The position numbers were made by a program, and so were the translations under genes. Under the pieces are notes generated by a model. That model worked only from the letters and a program-made list of their open reading frames with translations, did no database searches and had not been told where the DNA came from. Below are positions 55,501 to 64,000 of a stretch of 64,000 bases of DNA, in pieces. The stretch is from Euglena gracilis. Its lineage: Eukaryota. The stretch is from NCBI GenBank assembly GCA_039621445.1, contig CP154954.1, forward strand, positions 8,682,634 through 8,746,633, written 5' to 3'. Numbering within the stretch: the stretch's first letter is position 1; each line of letters begins with the position of its first letter.

Positions 55501-56624
55501 ACCTTTCATCACGCGAAGTTTTTTTTTCACGTGAATTTTCTTCACGCGAATTTTTTCTCATGCAATATTTTTTTCACCCAAAATTTTTTTTTCACGCGAA
55601 GATTTTTTTTTTTAGGTCCCCGGTATTGACCAGAAGAAGAGGCAGCACAACCGGGACTTGGGCTGCCCCCGAGAAGGGCAGCCGCAAGGTGCAGGAGCTG
55701 ACGGCGCACCCCGCGTTCCGTGTGATGGCCACCATGAACCCCGGCGGCGACTTCGGCAAGAAGGAGCTGTCCCCCGCGCTGCGGAACCGGCTGACGGAGA
55801 TCTACGTCCCATCCTCGCTGTGGCCTCTTTGCAGCACTCGGGTCCGAGAGAAGAGGACCCCACATAACTCGAAATGTTCGGGTAATGATTGGTGGAAATC
55901 ACCAGCTCACCAATGCAACGTGAAAGGTGCGCAGGGGGGGGATTGATGTCCGCAATTTTTTCCGCAATTCCCACAATTTTCCGCAGTTTTCCGCAATTTT
56001 TTCCCTTTCCAAAATTTTCCCATGAGCCTGAGATGGAAGAAGGCAAAATGAGTTTCAGCCATTCCTTGAACCTTTCACAAGCGAACCCAGGTGCTTTTTT
56101 TCATTGTTTTTTTGCAAGTTTGCCAAATTTTAAAATTTTTGACAAAATTTGGCAATTTCTGGGCCTTTTAGGGTTTCTGCCTGATTTTTGCTGGAAATAA
56201 TTTCGACTGAGAAAAATTTCGCATCCTGGACCAGATTTTACCGGATACCAAAGTTTTTGGTCTATTTTTGGATTTTTGACCCAAGAAATTCCGTATTTCC
56301 AATGCTTTTGGACCTTTTTGTTGCAAAAAAAAAAATGTGCGCAATGGCTCAAAATTTACACCTATATTGCAAAATGACCGAATTTGTAACCTTTTTCTAG
56401 TCCCCTCCAGTGGAAATGTGTACATTCCCGTTATCAATTTTTCCACAATTTTTCCGCAATTTTCCGCAATTTTCCACAATTTCGCAGGCCTCCAAGATCA
56501 ATTTCTCCCCTGGGTGCGTCCAGGATTTTCCCCCCAGTTTGTCCGAGAACAGTTTACAGCTGCACATGTTCCCATTCACGCGCCGGGCCCACCCCCCCCA
56601 CACCCCCCCCCCCACACACACACC

Positions 56625-56717
<93 letters not shown>

Positions 56718-59700
56718 CACAACACAAACACACACACACACACACACACACACAGGGGAGGGGCTCATGGAAAGGGGTCATTCCCTGATGGGCAGCCCGG
56801 AGGACCTGCGGGTCATCTTGGAGACGAAGCTTGGGGCCCGCCCAGAGTTCCTCCCGGTGCTGCTGGATTTCATTGCATTCTTCATGCAGTCGGAGTCGAA
56901 GGGCAAACGGGCAGCCGGGGTCGGATTGTGTCTGGGTGTTGCAGGGTGGGACAAGTCCATTCCAAGTCATGTTCCAGAAACATGGGAATGGGTGTCCAGC
57001 CATCCAGCACGTTTTTTTCCCACGACCAGCCTTTTGCAGCAGGACCCGCGGGACCCCCCGGGGTCTTTGAGAAACACCTTTGGTGACTTCGCAGTATGCC
57101 CGAGCTGGGTTCGTCAGCAGATACGAAATGGTATTCCAATTCAGTTGGGTGATCCGTCCTGTGCAGTTTGTGCGGGTTCCTTTCAAGTTCGTGTGGTTCG
57201 CCTGCATCCCCACCCACGCACGCACGGGCTTGCACGCACGCACGGCGCACGGCACGGCGCACGGCACGGCGTACGGCACGGCATACGGCACGGCGTACGG
57301 CACGGCATATGGCACGGTGTGTGGCACGGCGCACGGCGCGCGCACCCACGCACGGGCGCGCGCCTGCACGCCTGCCCCCGGCACCCCGGCTGGGGGTGCC
57401 CCCTCAGTGTCCGGGACGTGGTGGGCTGGATCGAGTTCATCGACCGCGGCGCCGCGGTGGGCCTCTCCCCGGCGCAGGCGGTGGTCCAGGGCTGCGACAC
57501 CGTTATCCTGGGCGGCGTGGGCATCGGCACTGGCATGGCCAGGGAGGAGTGAGTCCTGGCCGACCCCCACCCCGGGGGTCGTCATGCCGAGAACCTGGCC
57601 GGATGCCGCCCATGAGGTGGTCAGGGTCTTCTGGCGTTGCCCAACCCGTTTTCCGTGAAATCATTTGGGAACATGCCAGGGTCCTTGGTGCCGGACAACC
57701 TGTGGAATTCTGCAAGCATCATTTCCATCATTTCCAGATCACAAGAGTGTGAAAGGTTGATTTTGCAGGTTTTTGCGTCGGCTGGGAGTCAAAAACGTCA
57801 ACGTTTCCTGCTGACCCGGAACCCCCTCCCGCCCACTTGAAACTGCCTCCTGCATCTGCACTCACTGGCTGGTCCTCATTGGGTTTTGCCCCCCCTCTCT
57901 CTGTGCTGACTGGAGGCAGTTTTCCGGGAGGAGGTACAAACCAGAGGACAAATTTATTTTGTTTATTAAATATTAATTATTTATATATTTGTTTTTTTTA
58001 ATAATCATATTCTAATTTACGTTAATTATATTTTCATTATTTATTTTTCTATTATTATTTTCTGCTTCATTAAAATATAATATATTATATACTTATTATT
58101 TATTAATATACATTTTTATTTATGAAAAATATTAATTTGTTTTAACAAGATTTATTGTGGTTTGAAGTCCACCCACCTCCCCAACAGCCCAACCCCACCG
58201 TCTCATTCCGCCCTGCACATGGCCCCGGAGGCAGCGGCGGCTCTCCGCCAGGACTGCCTGGGGCATCTGTGCCGGCTGCTGGCGGGCGCCGGCCACCCCA
58301 CCCGGGCCTTGTTTCTGTGCGACCCTCCGACCACCCCAGCACACATAAACATACAAATGCACAAATAAAAATGCTAATGCACACATAAACATACAAATGC
58401 ACACATAAAAATACAAATGCACACATAAAAATACAAATTCACACATAAAAACATACAAATGCACACATAAACATACAAATGCGCACATAAACATACAAAT
58501 GCACACCTAAAAATGCAAATGCACACCTAAAAATAAAATTGCACACATAAACATACTGCAAATAATAATCCCCATATAACCCTCCTTGATTTGGGGTGTC
58601 TAAATAATTTGCCGAGGGTTATTATTTTTATTTCTGAGGTGCTCGAGGGGGGTAATATGGACAGTCAGGCGATTGCAGGGGGCCAGACACCCTCCCACAC
58701 CCACACCCAACACCCACACAAACACAAACACAAACACCCACACCCACCCACAACCACCACCTATTTGTCATCCTGTGTCCAAACGTCTCCTTGGGGTGGT
58801 GCCATAATCAGAGGCCCGTTGCCATCACGGAGGCGGAGGCGCAGCGGTACTTCTGGGAGGTCAGCACCTCCCCCGCCCCAACGTTGCCCGAGGAGCTGCG
58901 GCGGCACTACTCCTTCGAGTGCGAGACGAGTGGGGCGGGGTGGCTGGCTTCACTGGCGGTGGAGCCCCCCTGTTCTCAAATGAGTGAAACAGAAGAAATC
59001 TGGAAGTATTTTCGCTCCTCACTTTTGGTTTGCACGGCTTCAAATGTTGTGTGTGTGTGTGTGTGTATTATCAGATTAATCATGTTGGTATTTAAGTCAT
59101 CAAATATTGTATTAAAAATGCATATTATAATTCATATAATTTCAATTTTTTGTATTTATACATGTTTTAAAAATATCTAAAACAAGTACAAGATTGAAAT
59201 TGTTAAATTAATGGCGACGTTCAAGAGGGGGCGACCATGACCGCCACGCTTCCCCACCGCCCAACGAAGCTCAACCTCTCCAAGATCGTCCGCGCGCTGG
59301 CGCTGCCCAAGCCCTTGCTGCTGGAGGGCAGCCCTGGTGTGGGCAAGACCACGCTGGTGGAGGCGCTCGGCCCGGCCCGCCCCAGCCCACCAGCCAGCCG
59401 AGTGGGTCACAAAAAACTAAACCCTAATTGTAATTAATAATAATAATAGTAATAATAATAGGGTTTTAAATAAATAAAATAGGGTTTAGTTTTTAATTTA
59501 ATAATAGTAGTTTTTAATAATAGTAATTATTATTATTATTTGAGCTAAGTTTAATAGCTAATCTAATAGAGCTGCGGGTCCAAATAGTGCTGCACCCCCC
59601 AAACATAGCTATGCGAAGTGTGTGGTAGCTGGTGCAGTCTACTGCAGGCATCTTTTGTAACCCGCAGAGAGGGGAAAGGGGGGCGAATTTCCACCCGAAC

Positions 59701-60722
59701 AACCCACCGAAGTCGTCTGAAGGTGAACCAGACGACCGGAGTGCACCTCGCTGGCCTCAGAGTAGGACTTGAGCAGGCAAAAGGGCGCCTGCGGCGACAG
59801 GCCGGACCGAGTCCAATAGGACGTCAAGGTCCAAATAGTGCTGCACCCCCCGCTGCCGGAGGCGGCCGTCCAACAGTGCTGCAGTGCAATACTATTTGGG
59901 AGGGGGGTTTAGCTGTTGGTAACGGAGGGGGCTGGGCAGCAATCTCTTTGGGTTCTCTGAGAATCCTGCGGAGGACAATATGACGACGTTGAGCAAGAAA
60001 CATCCAAAGGTTTGGATGACGATCTTAACACTGACCCTCACCCTTAAAACACGCTCACCAATTACCGCGGCTGGCTGCGGCGGCACCTCCCACGGTTCCC
60101 CAGCCGCCCAAGTAGGGTGAATGCACATGGGGGGGGGGGGCTCGAACGATGCGTTGAAGACGCCGTGCGAGGGTCCACCGGTGTCCTGTTGGGACCAATT
60201 CATCGCGCAAATCCGTGCACATATTTTCCATCGCAAATCAGACTCCATGCAAAGTCATTGGTGGTTTTACAGTCTGGCCATGATCAGTCACGGCCTCCCA
60301 TGGCGCCACCATCCAGTATGGCATTCATCCTGTGTGACCCCTACCCCCTCGCCAATTTAGCAACCTTTGGGGCCAAACCAACTGACACCCAAATTAGAGT
60401 CTCCCGTGTGATGCGTTGGGAAAATGCAAAGGACATCTGAAACTCTGCACCATTTCGGCACCATTTAAGCAAGTTCGCAATTTTACGAGAAGGTGGATGG
60501 GCTGAACCCCAAATCAGAGCAACGGATTCCTTCAATTTGGGCAGTGGTGTTCATTTTTGAGGATGCACTGCACACCGTATGGTACCTTGTGGAGGCTCTC
60601 CCCCGCTGCATTGTGGGCTGAGCCTCTGGATGTGTCGATTATTTTTGATCAATGATCATATGCGGTATATGCATGTGCCTGCGTAAAATGTTTGCATGGA
60701 TGGGTATATATATATATATATG

Positions 60723-60755
<33 letters not shown>

Positions 60756-63457
60756 ACGTATATACGTATGTGCATATATGCATATGTATACGTATATATG
60801 TATGTGCATATATGCATATGTATACGTATGTACAAATATATGTGTAGACTCGCAACACACATGCACGCACAGACACCCCGGCGTCTCACCGTGTGCATTT
60901 GCCGTTCATATGCCGTATGCTGCGTGCAGGTGCAGGGTTGTGTCGGGTCGGCTGGGCGGGCCGGCGGGGGGCGCGGCGTACGGGAAGGCCGTGGTGCGCA
61001 TCAACCTCAGCGAGCAGACGGACATGGTGGACCTCGTCGGGGCGTTCCTGCCGGACCACTCCGACCCGGACGGGCCGCCGCGCTTCGCGTGGTCCGAGGG
61101 GCTGCTGCTGCAGGCGCTGGAGCGCGGGCAGTGGGTCATCCTGGACGAGCTGAACCTCGCGTCCCGCCTGGGATGCCCCAAAGTACTGCCCCCCGAATGC
61201 TCTTGCATGTGTGCATGCATGCATACCTCATTCGTTCGGTGCGGCCAGGAAAGCGTCATGCATGCAAAGCCGCTGTGCATGTGCAAGTAGGTTGGCGGAA
61301 CGCCAGGCGCAAACCGTTGAGAACCAGCCAGGTATCATTCGGTGCAACCCAGTGCGGATGAATCCAAACAAGTCTTCTTGGTGTTTATCCACCAACTCCC
61401 AATGCAATAATTCTGGGTCTGGCATCGGGGTAGGAATCTCCCCTCTGGCCCGGTAGGAGGCACCCCATCCCCCAATCCGTGCTGGAGGGCCTCAACTCCA
61501 TCCTGGACCACCGGCAGGAGCTCTTCGTGCCGGAGACCGGCCGCCACGTGCGGCCCGCGCCGGGCTTCCGCATCTTCGGCTGCCAGAACCCGCTGTCCCA
61601 GGGGGGCGGCCGGAAGGGGCTGCCCCGGTCGTTCCTGAACCGCTTCGCCCGCGTGTACGTGGAGCCGTTCACCGACGCCGCACAGCGCCTGCGGGCTCCC
61701 CGGCGTGCTTTCTGGGGGGAGTGCAGTCAAGCCTGCAGGTCAACGGTTGTGCGCTTTTGTGCGGTGAAGTGGTTGTGCTCTTTTGAACACCAACACGCTG
61801 AATTAAAAATTCTTCTTTTTTAAATATGGGCACTATTTTAAGCTAATCGCACCTTGCCCGTGTATCCCGATGTTTGTATTTGCCTTTTTTGGGTGTACAG
61901 AATCAGCTCTGTTTGTTGCTTAGCCTTTTTCATTACACGTGTCACCTCCAACATTGGTGCTCTTTCCGTGGGCCCGTGCATGGCCACGCCCCGGCCGCTG
62001 GGGCCGACCTGTATTCTGTGGTCACCACTGTACACCCGGCCCTGCCGCGCCCGGTCGCGCAGCGCATGGTAACGTTCAACGCGCTCCTTCACCAGCGCGT
62101 CATGGTGGAACGGCGGTTCGGGGCGAAAGGCGCCCCGTTCGAGTTCAACCTCCGCGACCTGTTCCGCTGGTGCGACCTGCTGCAGCGGCAGCAGGCGGGC
62201 CGGGGGCGGCCCCTCGCCCAGGCCCCGCGGGTTGGTCACCTTTTTTGTATTGCAACAGTGCACAAACGCGCATGTGCTCAAACACAGCTGCACACACACA
62301 CGCGCGCGCACGCAGCCACACACAGCCACACATGCACACACACAGCCTCACACACACAAACAACACACAAACAGCCACACACAGGCGCGCGCGACACACA
62401 CACGTGCGCGCGCCAGCACGCAAATATGCGCGCGCACACACATACGCACGTTGTTTCCCAAGCATTTGTGGACATCGTAGTGCCCTGCGCGGCCTGCCCT
62501 CAACCCAGCGGAGTTTGCGGACGTGCTGCACCTGCAGCGCATGCGGGACGAGGCAGACCGGGTGGAGGTGCAGCAGTGCTATGCGGAGGTGTTCCGGTGC
62601 CCCCTGCCGGTGGATTCCCCGCCAGCCGACTGCTGCCGGGAGGAGTCTATCCCCTTTTTCCAAAAACAGGGCCCGGTGATGGGTGGCATTCCTACACCAA
62701 AAAATGGGGGTCAGCCAGAGTTCAATTTCAGGAGGGTGCACGGGGATGAGAGGGGGTGCCCCCCCCCCTTGCCGGATCGGAGGGGTCTGGACCACCCCCC
62801 TGCCTTTGCATCAAACCCTGGGCCAACTCCTTTTGAGGACAGATTTGGCAGTTGCCGTCACCACCACGCTGCAAAAGCCCCCACAAAGCAACCCGTGGTA
62901 TGCATGGGTATATTGGCAGTGTTTTGTCTTTCAGGCAATTCAGACCTCTATTGTTGCAGAGAATTAGCATTTTCGTGGTGTGTCGGAGGATTGTGATTGT
63001 TTCAACGGCGTTGACCCAGGACATTGCCTGGCTTTTTTCCCATTCGAGCGCTGTTGTGTCGACACACTGTGTCATTGAAAGCCTCGTAACAACAGCCCCG
63101 CAGCTGTCGTTTGCTTTGGGCAAAGGTGGCGGGTGTGGCAGGGCAATGATCACAAATCCACTGCTTCTGATTTCCATATCTGCTCTTTGGGGGTGAGCAG
63201 TATTTCAGTCAAATAATGAAGTTCAAGGAGCCCTGGGTTCTTATGGGACGAAACCCAAGCATTTCTTTGTGTCAGCGCTGTGGGCTGCCCCCGGCCTTTG
63301 CTGTTCGCCACCGGCCCCGGTACGTTGCGCATCAACGGCTTCGACGTCCCCGCCGGCGCAACGGCTTCGAGCGTTGGGGACGCGGAGAAGCGCCCATTGC
63401 TGGTATTGCCGGGGCAGATGCGTAGCCTGGCGGCGCTGCTGCGCTGCGTTGTCCATG
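29107..63457 (+). CDS. MDN1: Midasin (Rea1/MDN1) AAA-ATPase gene, partial: 41 exons, D1-D5 and approach to D6; continues beyond the window and may start upstream
   Basis: Five tandem AAA modules with Walker A GITGTGKT, GETGIGKT, GPTSSGKT, GDTGGGKT, GSPGVGKT; Walker B IEDID and LDE(I/L/V)NLA; motifs FRLFACMNP, FATQNP, ATMNPGGDFGKKELSPALRNR, GGGRKGLPRSFLNRF. Exon phases are consistent at every junction. Confidence 0.95.
29161..29587. mobile_element. Transposon-derived nonconventional intron (intron 29158-29592)
   Basis: 17-nt TIR CATACGTCTCTTTAAGG/CCTTGAAGAGGTGTATG; perfect TSD CCCTCGAG at 29153-29160 and 29588-29595. Confidence 0.85.
29593..29668 (+). CDS. MDN1: Midasin exon 2, D1 Walker A
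   Basis: EAAVDCSPAILVEGITGTGKTALIA. Confidence 0.88.
30251..35610. repeat. Higher-order array of a ~210-bp MITE alternating with (TACA)n/(TACC)n, inside midasin intron 2
   Basis: 4 full and 7 truncated copies; TIR TACCACTC..CCCCCCTTATTTGA / TCAAATAAGGGGGG..GAGTGGTA; period about 1.25-1.35 kb. Confidence 0.9.
35698..35789 (+). CDS. MDN1: Midasin exon 3
   Basis: HLARLRDQDLVTVNIDDSFDAKDLLGNYICG. Confidence 0.85.
36137..36274 (+). CDS. MDN1: Midasin exon 4, D1 Walker B
   Basis: DTPGTYVLQAGPLATAVRAGRWIVIEDIDLASFDLLSVLISLIDTG. Confidence 0.9.
36570..36674 (+). CDS. MDN1: Midasin exon 5
   Basis: NLTVQDREIPVRPGFRLFATQALG...; GT donor at 36675. Confidence 0.88.
37721..37747 (+). CDS. MDN1: Midasin microexon 6
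   Basis: After TTACAG acceptor; GSGIWIERF. 3' boundary inferred from an in-frame stop. Confidence 0.55.
37806..37922 (+). CDS. MDN1: Midasin exon 7
   Basis: GVVVIYSLSLAEMAAVVAVQNPAIPRRFVSHFLNSLAPP; boundaries approximate. Confidence 0.7.
38434..38551 (+). CDS. MDN1: Midasin exon 8
   Basis: ...RLALRDVLKWGRRV (sensor-2-like RD..KW motif). Confidence 0.82.
38555..38756. mobile_element. Transposon-derived intron, family C (intron 38552-38761)
   Basis: TIR CAGGCTT/AAGCCTG; 7/8 TSD GACGGGCT/GATGGGCT; ends resemble those of 53444-53713. Confidence 0.75.
38762..38880 (+). CDS. MDN1: Midasin exon 9
   Basis: YIPNTTRVALFEETVDSFCSCLP...KLE; GT donor at 38881. Confidence 0.82.
39208..39939. mobile_element. 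Degenerate Tc1/mariner-like element
   Basis: TA|CAGTGCGGACAAAAATTACGGG ... CCCGTAATTTTTGTCCGGGCTT|TA. Confidence 0.65.
40792..40997 (+). CDS. MDN1: Midasin exon 10
   Basis: VSSDALVYFLTLRKPQF...VEVGRAVLPR...FAPTRTCLTLMESIMVAV..GEALLL; AG acceptor. Confidence 0.88.
41559..41710 (+). CDS. MDN1: Midasin exon 11, D2 Walker A
   Basis: TGETGIGKTFVIQ...VLNLNQQSGSSDFMGGFRP. Confidence 0.92.
42661..42786 (+). CDS. MDN1: Midasin exon 12
   Basis: PLLHRWRQLFEQVFSLAKNEAVL...RRWALLVEL. Confidence 0.85.
43250..43401 (+). CDS. MDN1: Midasin exon 13 (D2 insert, basic NLS-like stretch)
   Basis: QSSAATALKKLQ...PKRLKKKKK...EWLAFQE; GT donor at 43402. Confidence 0.8.
43807..43979 (+). CDS. MDN1: Midasin exon 14, D2 Walker B
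   Basis: FIFQFFEGLLVQAWRQGSWLLLDEINLA. Confidence 0.92.
44942..45011 (+). CDS. MDN1: Midasin exon 15
   Basis: GTLYLSERGDTEPIPMHP. Confidence 0.82.
45508..45717 (+). CDS. MDN1: Midasin exon 16
   Basis: NFRLFACMNPPTDVGKKDLPPALRSRFTEVYV; GT donor at 45718. Confidence 0.93.
46062..46136 (+). CDS. MDN1: Midasin exon 17
   Basis: QLTDGNPSNPKPHYTLRTLSA. Confidence 0.87.
46575..46696 (+). CDS. MDN1: Midasin exon 18
   Basis: ALNFTRLAIGVYGFHAALQEGIRMAFGTQI. Confidence 0.87.
47094..47128 (+). CDS. MDN1: Midasin microexon 19
   Basis: IRKHIVKNPQA; both flanking introns have paired ends and phases match. Confidence 0.72.
47645..47770 (+). CDS. MDN1: Midasin exon 20
   Basis: FIAFEHIWLEKGP...KYILTPSVKV. 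Confidence 0.88.
48161..48532. mobile_element. Family-B TA-flanked MITE within an intron
   Basis: Same termini and internal repeats as 7714-7874. Confidence 0.7.
48694..48839 (+). CDS. MDN1: Midasin exon 21, D3 Walker A
   Basis: PVLLQGPTSSGKTSMVEYLAQRTGHRFVRINNH. Confidence 0.94.
49163..49259 (+). CDS. MDN1: Midasin exon 22
   Basis: DLQEYFGTYISDKRGKLYFQEGILVEACRNGY. Confidence 0.92.
49521..50035. repeat. Diverged ~290-bp intronic tandem duplication
   Basis: GGCGCAGAGGGGGGG...TTGAAAGGTTTTCGCTGCTGCATTCG occurs at about 49527 and about 49819. Confidence 0.75.
50089..50205 (+). CDS. MDN1: Midasin exon 23, D3 Walker B
   Basis: VVLDELNLAPSEILEALNRLLDDNRELVIPETQ. Confidence 0.94.
50623..50783 (+). 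CDS. MDN1: Midasin exon 24
   Basis: FHLFATQNPPMLYGGRKVLSRAFRNRFVEL. Confidence 0.94.
51148..51285 (+). CDS. MDN1: Midasin exon 25
   Basis: FAGKHGFITPRDLFKWASR. Confidence 0.92.
51637..52482. mobile_element. TA-flanked MITE (TIR TGGCAGCTGCCTGCTACT/AGCAGTAGGTAGCTGCCA) with a nested inverted-repeat element at about 51871-52280
   Basis: Outer TIRs lie in TA/TG microsatellite. Inner arms are CCCCCCAAATATAAAACCCC and GGGGTTATATTTGGGGGG. Confidence 0.7.
52652..52840 (+). CDS. MDN1: Midasin exon 26
   Basis: EDLAHHGFMLLGERCRRPEERAVVRQTLEK. Confidence 0.92.
53273..53440 (+). CDS. MDN1: Midasin exon 27, D4 Walker A
   Basis: LVWTHSLKRLF...EPFVLVGDTGGGKTTICQ. Confidence 0.93.
53444..53713. mobile_element. 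Pristine hAT-like MITE acting as a nonconventional intron (intron 53441-53718), family C
   Basis: Perfect 16-bp TIR CAGGCTTCTTTTTAAG/CTTAAAAAGAAGCCTG; perfect TSD TGTCCATC at 53436-53443 and 53714-53721. Confidence 0.92.
53719..53751 (+). CDS. MDN1: Midasin microexon 28
   Basis: IVNCHQHSESS (D4 NCH motif). Confidence 0.87.
54141..54230 (+). CDS. MDN1: Midasin exon 29
   Basis: DFLGSLRP...KLFAWADGPLVTA. Confidence 0.9.
55070..55177 (+). CDS. MDN1: Midasin exon 30, D4 Walker B
   Basis: MKQGYHFMLDEVNLAEDSVLERLNSVFESGRTLTLP. Confidence 0.93.
55671..55816 (+). CDS. MDN1: Midasin exon 31
   Basis: AHPAFRVMATMNPGGDFGKKELSPALRNRLTEIYVP. Confidence 0.94.
56787..56908 (+). CDS. MDN1: Midasin exon 32
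   Basis: EDLRVILETKL...VLLDFIAFF. Confidence 0.85.
57398..57536 (+). CDS. MDN1: Midasin exon 33
   Basis: LSVRDVVGWIEFI...VILGGVGIGTG. Confidence 0.9.
58221..58299 (+). CDS. MDN1: Midasin exon 34
   Basis: APEAAAALRQDCLGHLCRLL. Confidence 0.8.
58340..58555. repeat. ~20-bp intronic minisatellite (GCACACATAAACATACAAAT)n
   Basis: About 10 tandem copies visible. Confidence 0.85.
58824..58927 (+). CDS. MDN1: Midasin exon 35
   Basis: ITEAEAQRYFWEV...HYSFECE. Confidence 0.78.
59263..59368 (+). CDS. MDN1: Midasin exon 36, D5 Walker A
   Basis: NLSKIVRALALPKPLLLEGSPGVGKTTLVEAL. Confidence 0.94.
60970..61165 (+). CDS. MDN1: Midasin exon 37, D5 Walker B
   Basis: VVRINLSEQTDMVDLVG...GQWVILDELNLAS. Confidence 0.94.
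61474..61679 (+). CDS. MDN1: Midasin exon 38
   Basis: SVLEGLNSILDHR...CQNPLSQGGGRKGLPRSFLNRF. Confidence 0.94.
62006..62215 (+). CDS. MDN1: Midasin exon 39
   Basis: FGAKGAPFEFNLRDLFRWCDLL. Confidence 0.93.
62502..62619 (+). CDS. MDN1: Midasin exon 40
   Basis: EFADVLHLQRMRDEADRVEVQQCYAEVF. Confidence 0.88.
63293..63457 (+). CDS. MDN1: Midasin exon 41 (leading into D6); 3' end approximate
   Basis: PLLVLPGQMRSLAALLRCVVH. Confidence 0.75.
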
Positions 63458-63589
63458 CCTCCTTGGCAGAAAAGATGAGATATTAAATGAATTAAATGAA
63501 TTTTTGCTGAAATAATAAATAAACTCAAATATAAATATAGAAGAGCATAAAAATCAATTTTAAAAATATATACTTGAATAACTTGAATA

Positions 63590-64000
63590 CCCCCCCCGGG
63601 CAATTGACGCCCCCGGGCAATTGACGCCCCCGGGCAATTGACGCCCCCGGGTAATTGTCACCCCTGGCTGTGCCGGCCAATTTGTCACCCCGGGAAAGTG
63701 TCACCCCCGTCCGTGCTGCCCAATTTGTCACCCCCCCCCAACAGAAGATGTTTGTGAACTTTCTTTTTGCCGACATGACTCGATTGATCCTCTCTTTCGC
63801 AACAACTGTGCTGAAAAATGTCACATACCAAATGCTCTGCACAATATCACAACCATAGCTGCATTTTTGCGTGTTCACTGGTTTCAGATGGTGTTTTTGG
63901 TCATTTGGATTTAATGTGGGCTACATGGGTGGGCAATTGACGCCCCCGGGCAATTGACGCCACCCGGCAATTGTCACCCCCCTCTGTGCCGGCCAAATTG
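63590..64000. repeat. Left end of a probable TA-flanked element with 17-bp repeats (GGGCAATTGACGCCCCC)n
   Basis: TA followed by a C-run, then tandem 17-mers at 63598-63660 and again from 63931. Confidence 0.6.

Noticed and set aside
57240-57345. HGARHGVR repeat as part of the midasin protein (380-aa ORF 56410-57552)
   Set aside because: It is a 12-bp minisatellite inside intron 56909-57397, which has a perfect 10-bp terminal stem; the read-through is incidental.
57537-57560. Canonical GTGAGT donor at 57549 (also AAG|GT at 47767)
   Set aside because: No AG acceptor at the next exon, and the paired-end junction with a direct-repeat remnant gives the in-frame join.
29107-63457. Midasin as a transposon-shattered pseudogene
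   Set aside because: All 40 junctions rejoin in frame, catalytic motifs are intact, and no exon has a stop.

Overview
This is eukaryotic nuclear DNA, most likely from a euglenid (inferred from intron type). The right half (about 29.1-63.5 kb, + strand) holds 41 hand-assembled exons of a midasin/Rea1 (MDN1) AAA-ATPase gene. They give about 5.1 kb of CDS covering AAA modules D1-D5, and the gene continues past the window end. Exon phases join in frame at all 40 junctions. Only 4 introns are GT-AG. The other 36 are non-GT-AG; nearly all look like euglenid nonconventional introns whose ends base-pair (typically CAG at +4..+6 with CTG at -8..-6, Y|R...Y|R borders). The youngest of these introns are intact hAT-like MITEs: terminal inverted repeats (TIRs) plus a perfect 8-bp target-site duplication (TSD), spliced at a 5|3 split of the TSD. 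That split reproduces the +4/-6 pairing register, and the window shows a gradient from pristine transposon to aged intron. The left half has exons of an unidentified gene, free MITEs of the same build, and a 13.5-kb hAT-like element (TIRs plus 8-bp TSD) inflated by a 12.6-kb 18-bp satellite. A microsatellite-embedded MITE higher-order array sits in midasin intron 2. The very long ORFs in the ORF track are satellite or microsatellite artefacts. All calls are by eye; no database search or RNA data were used.
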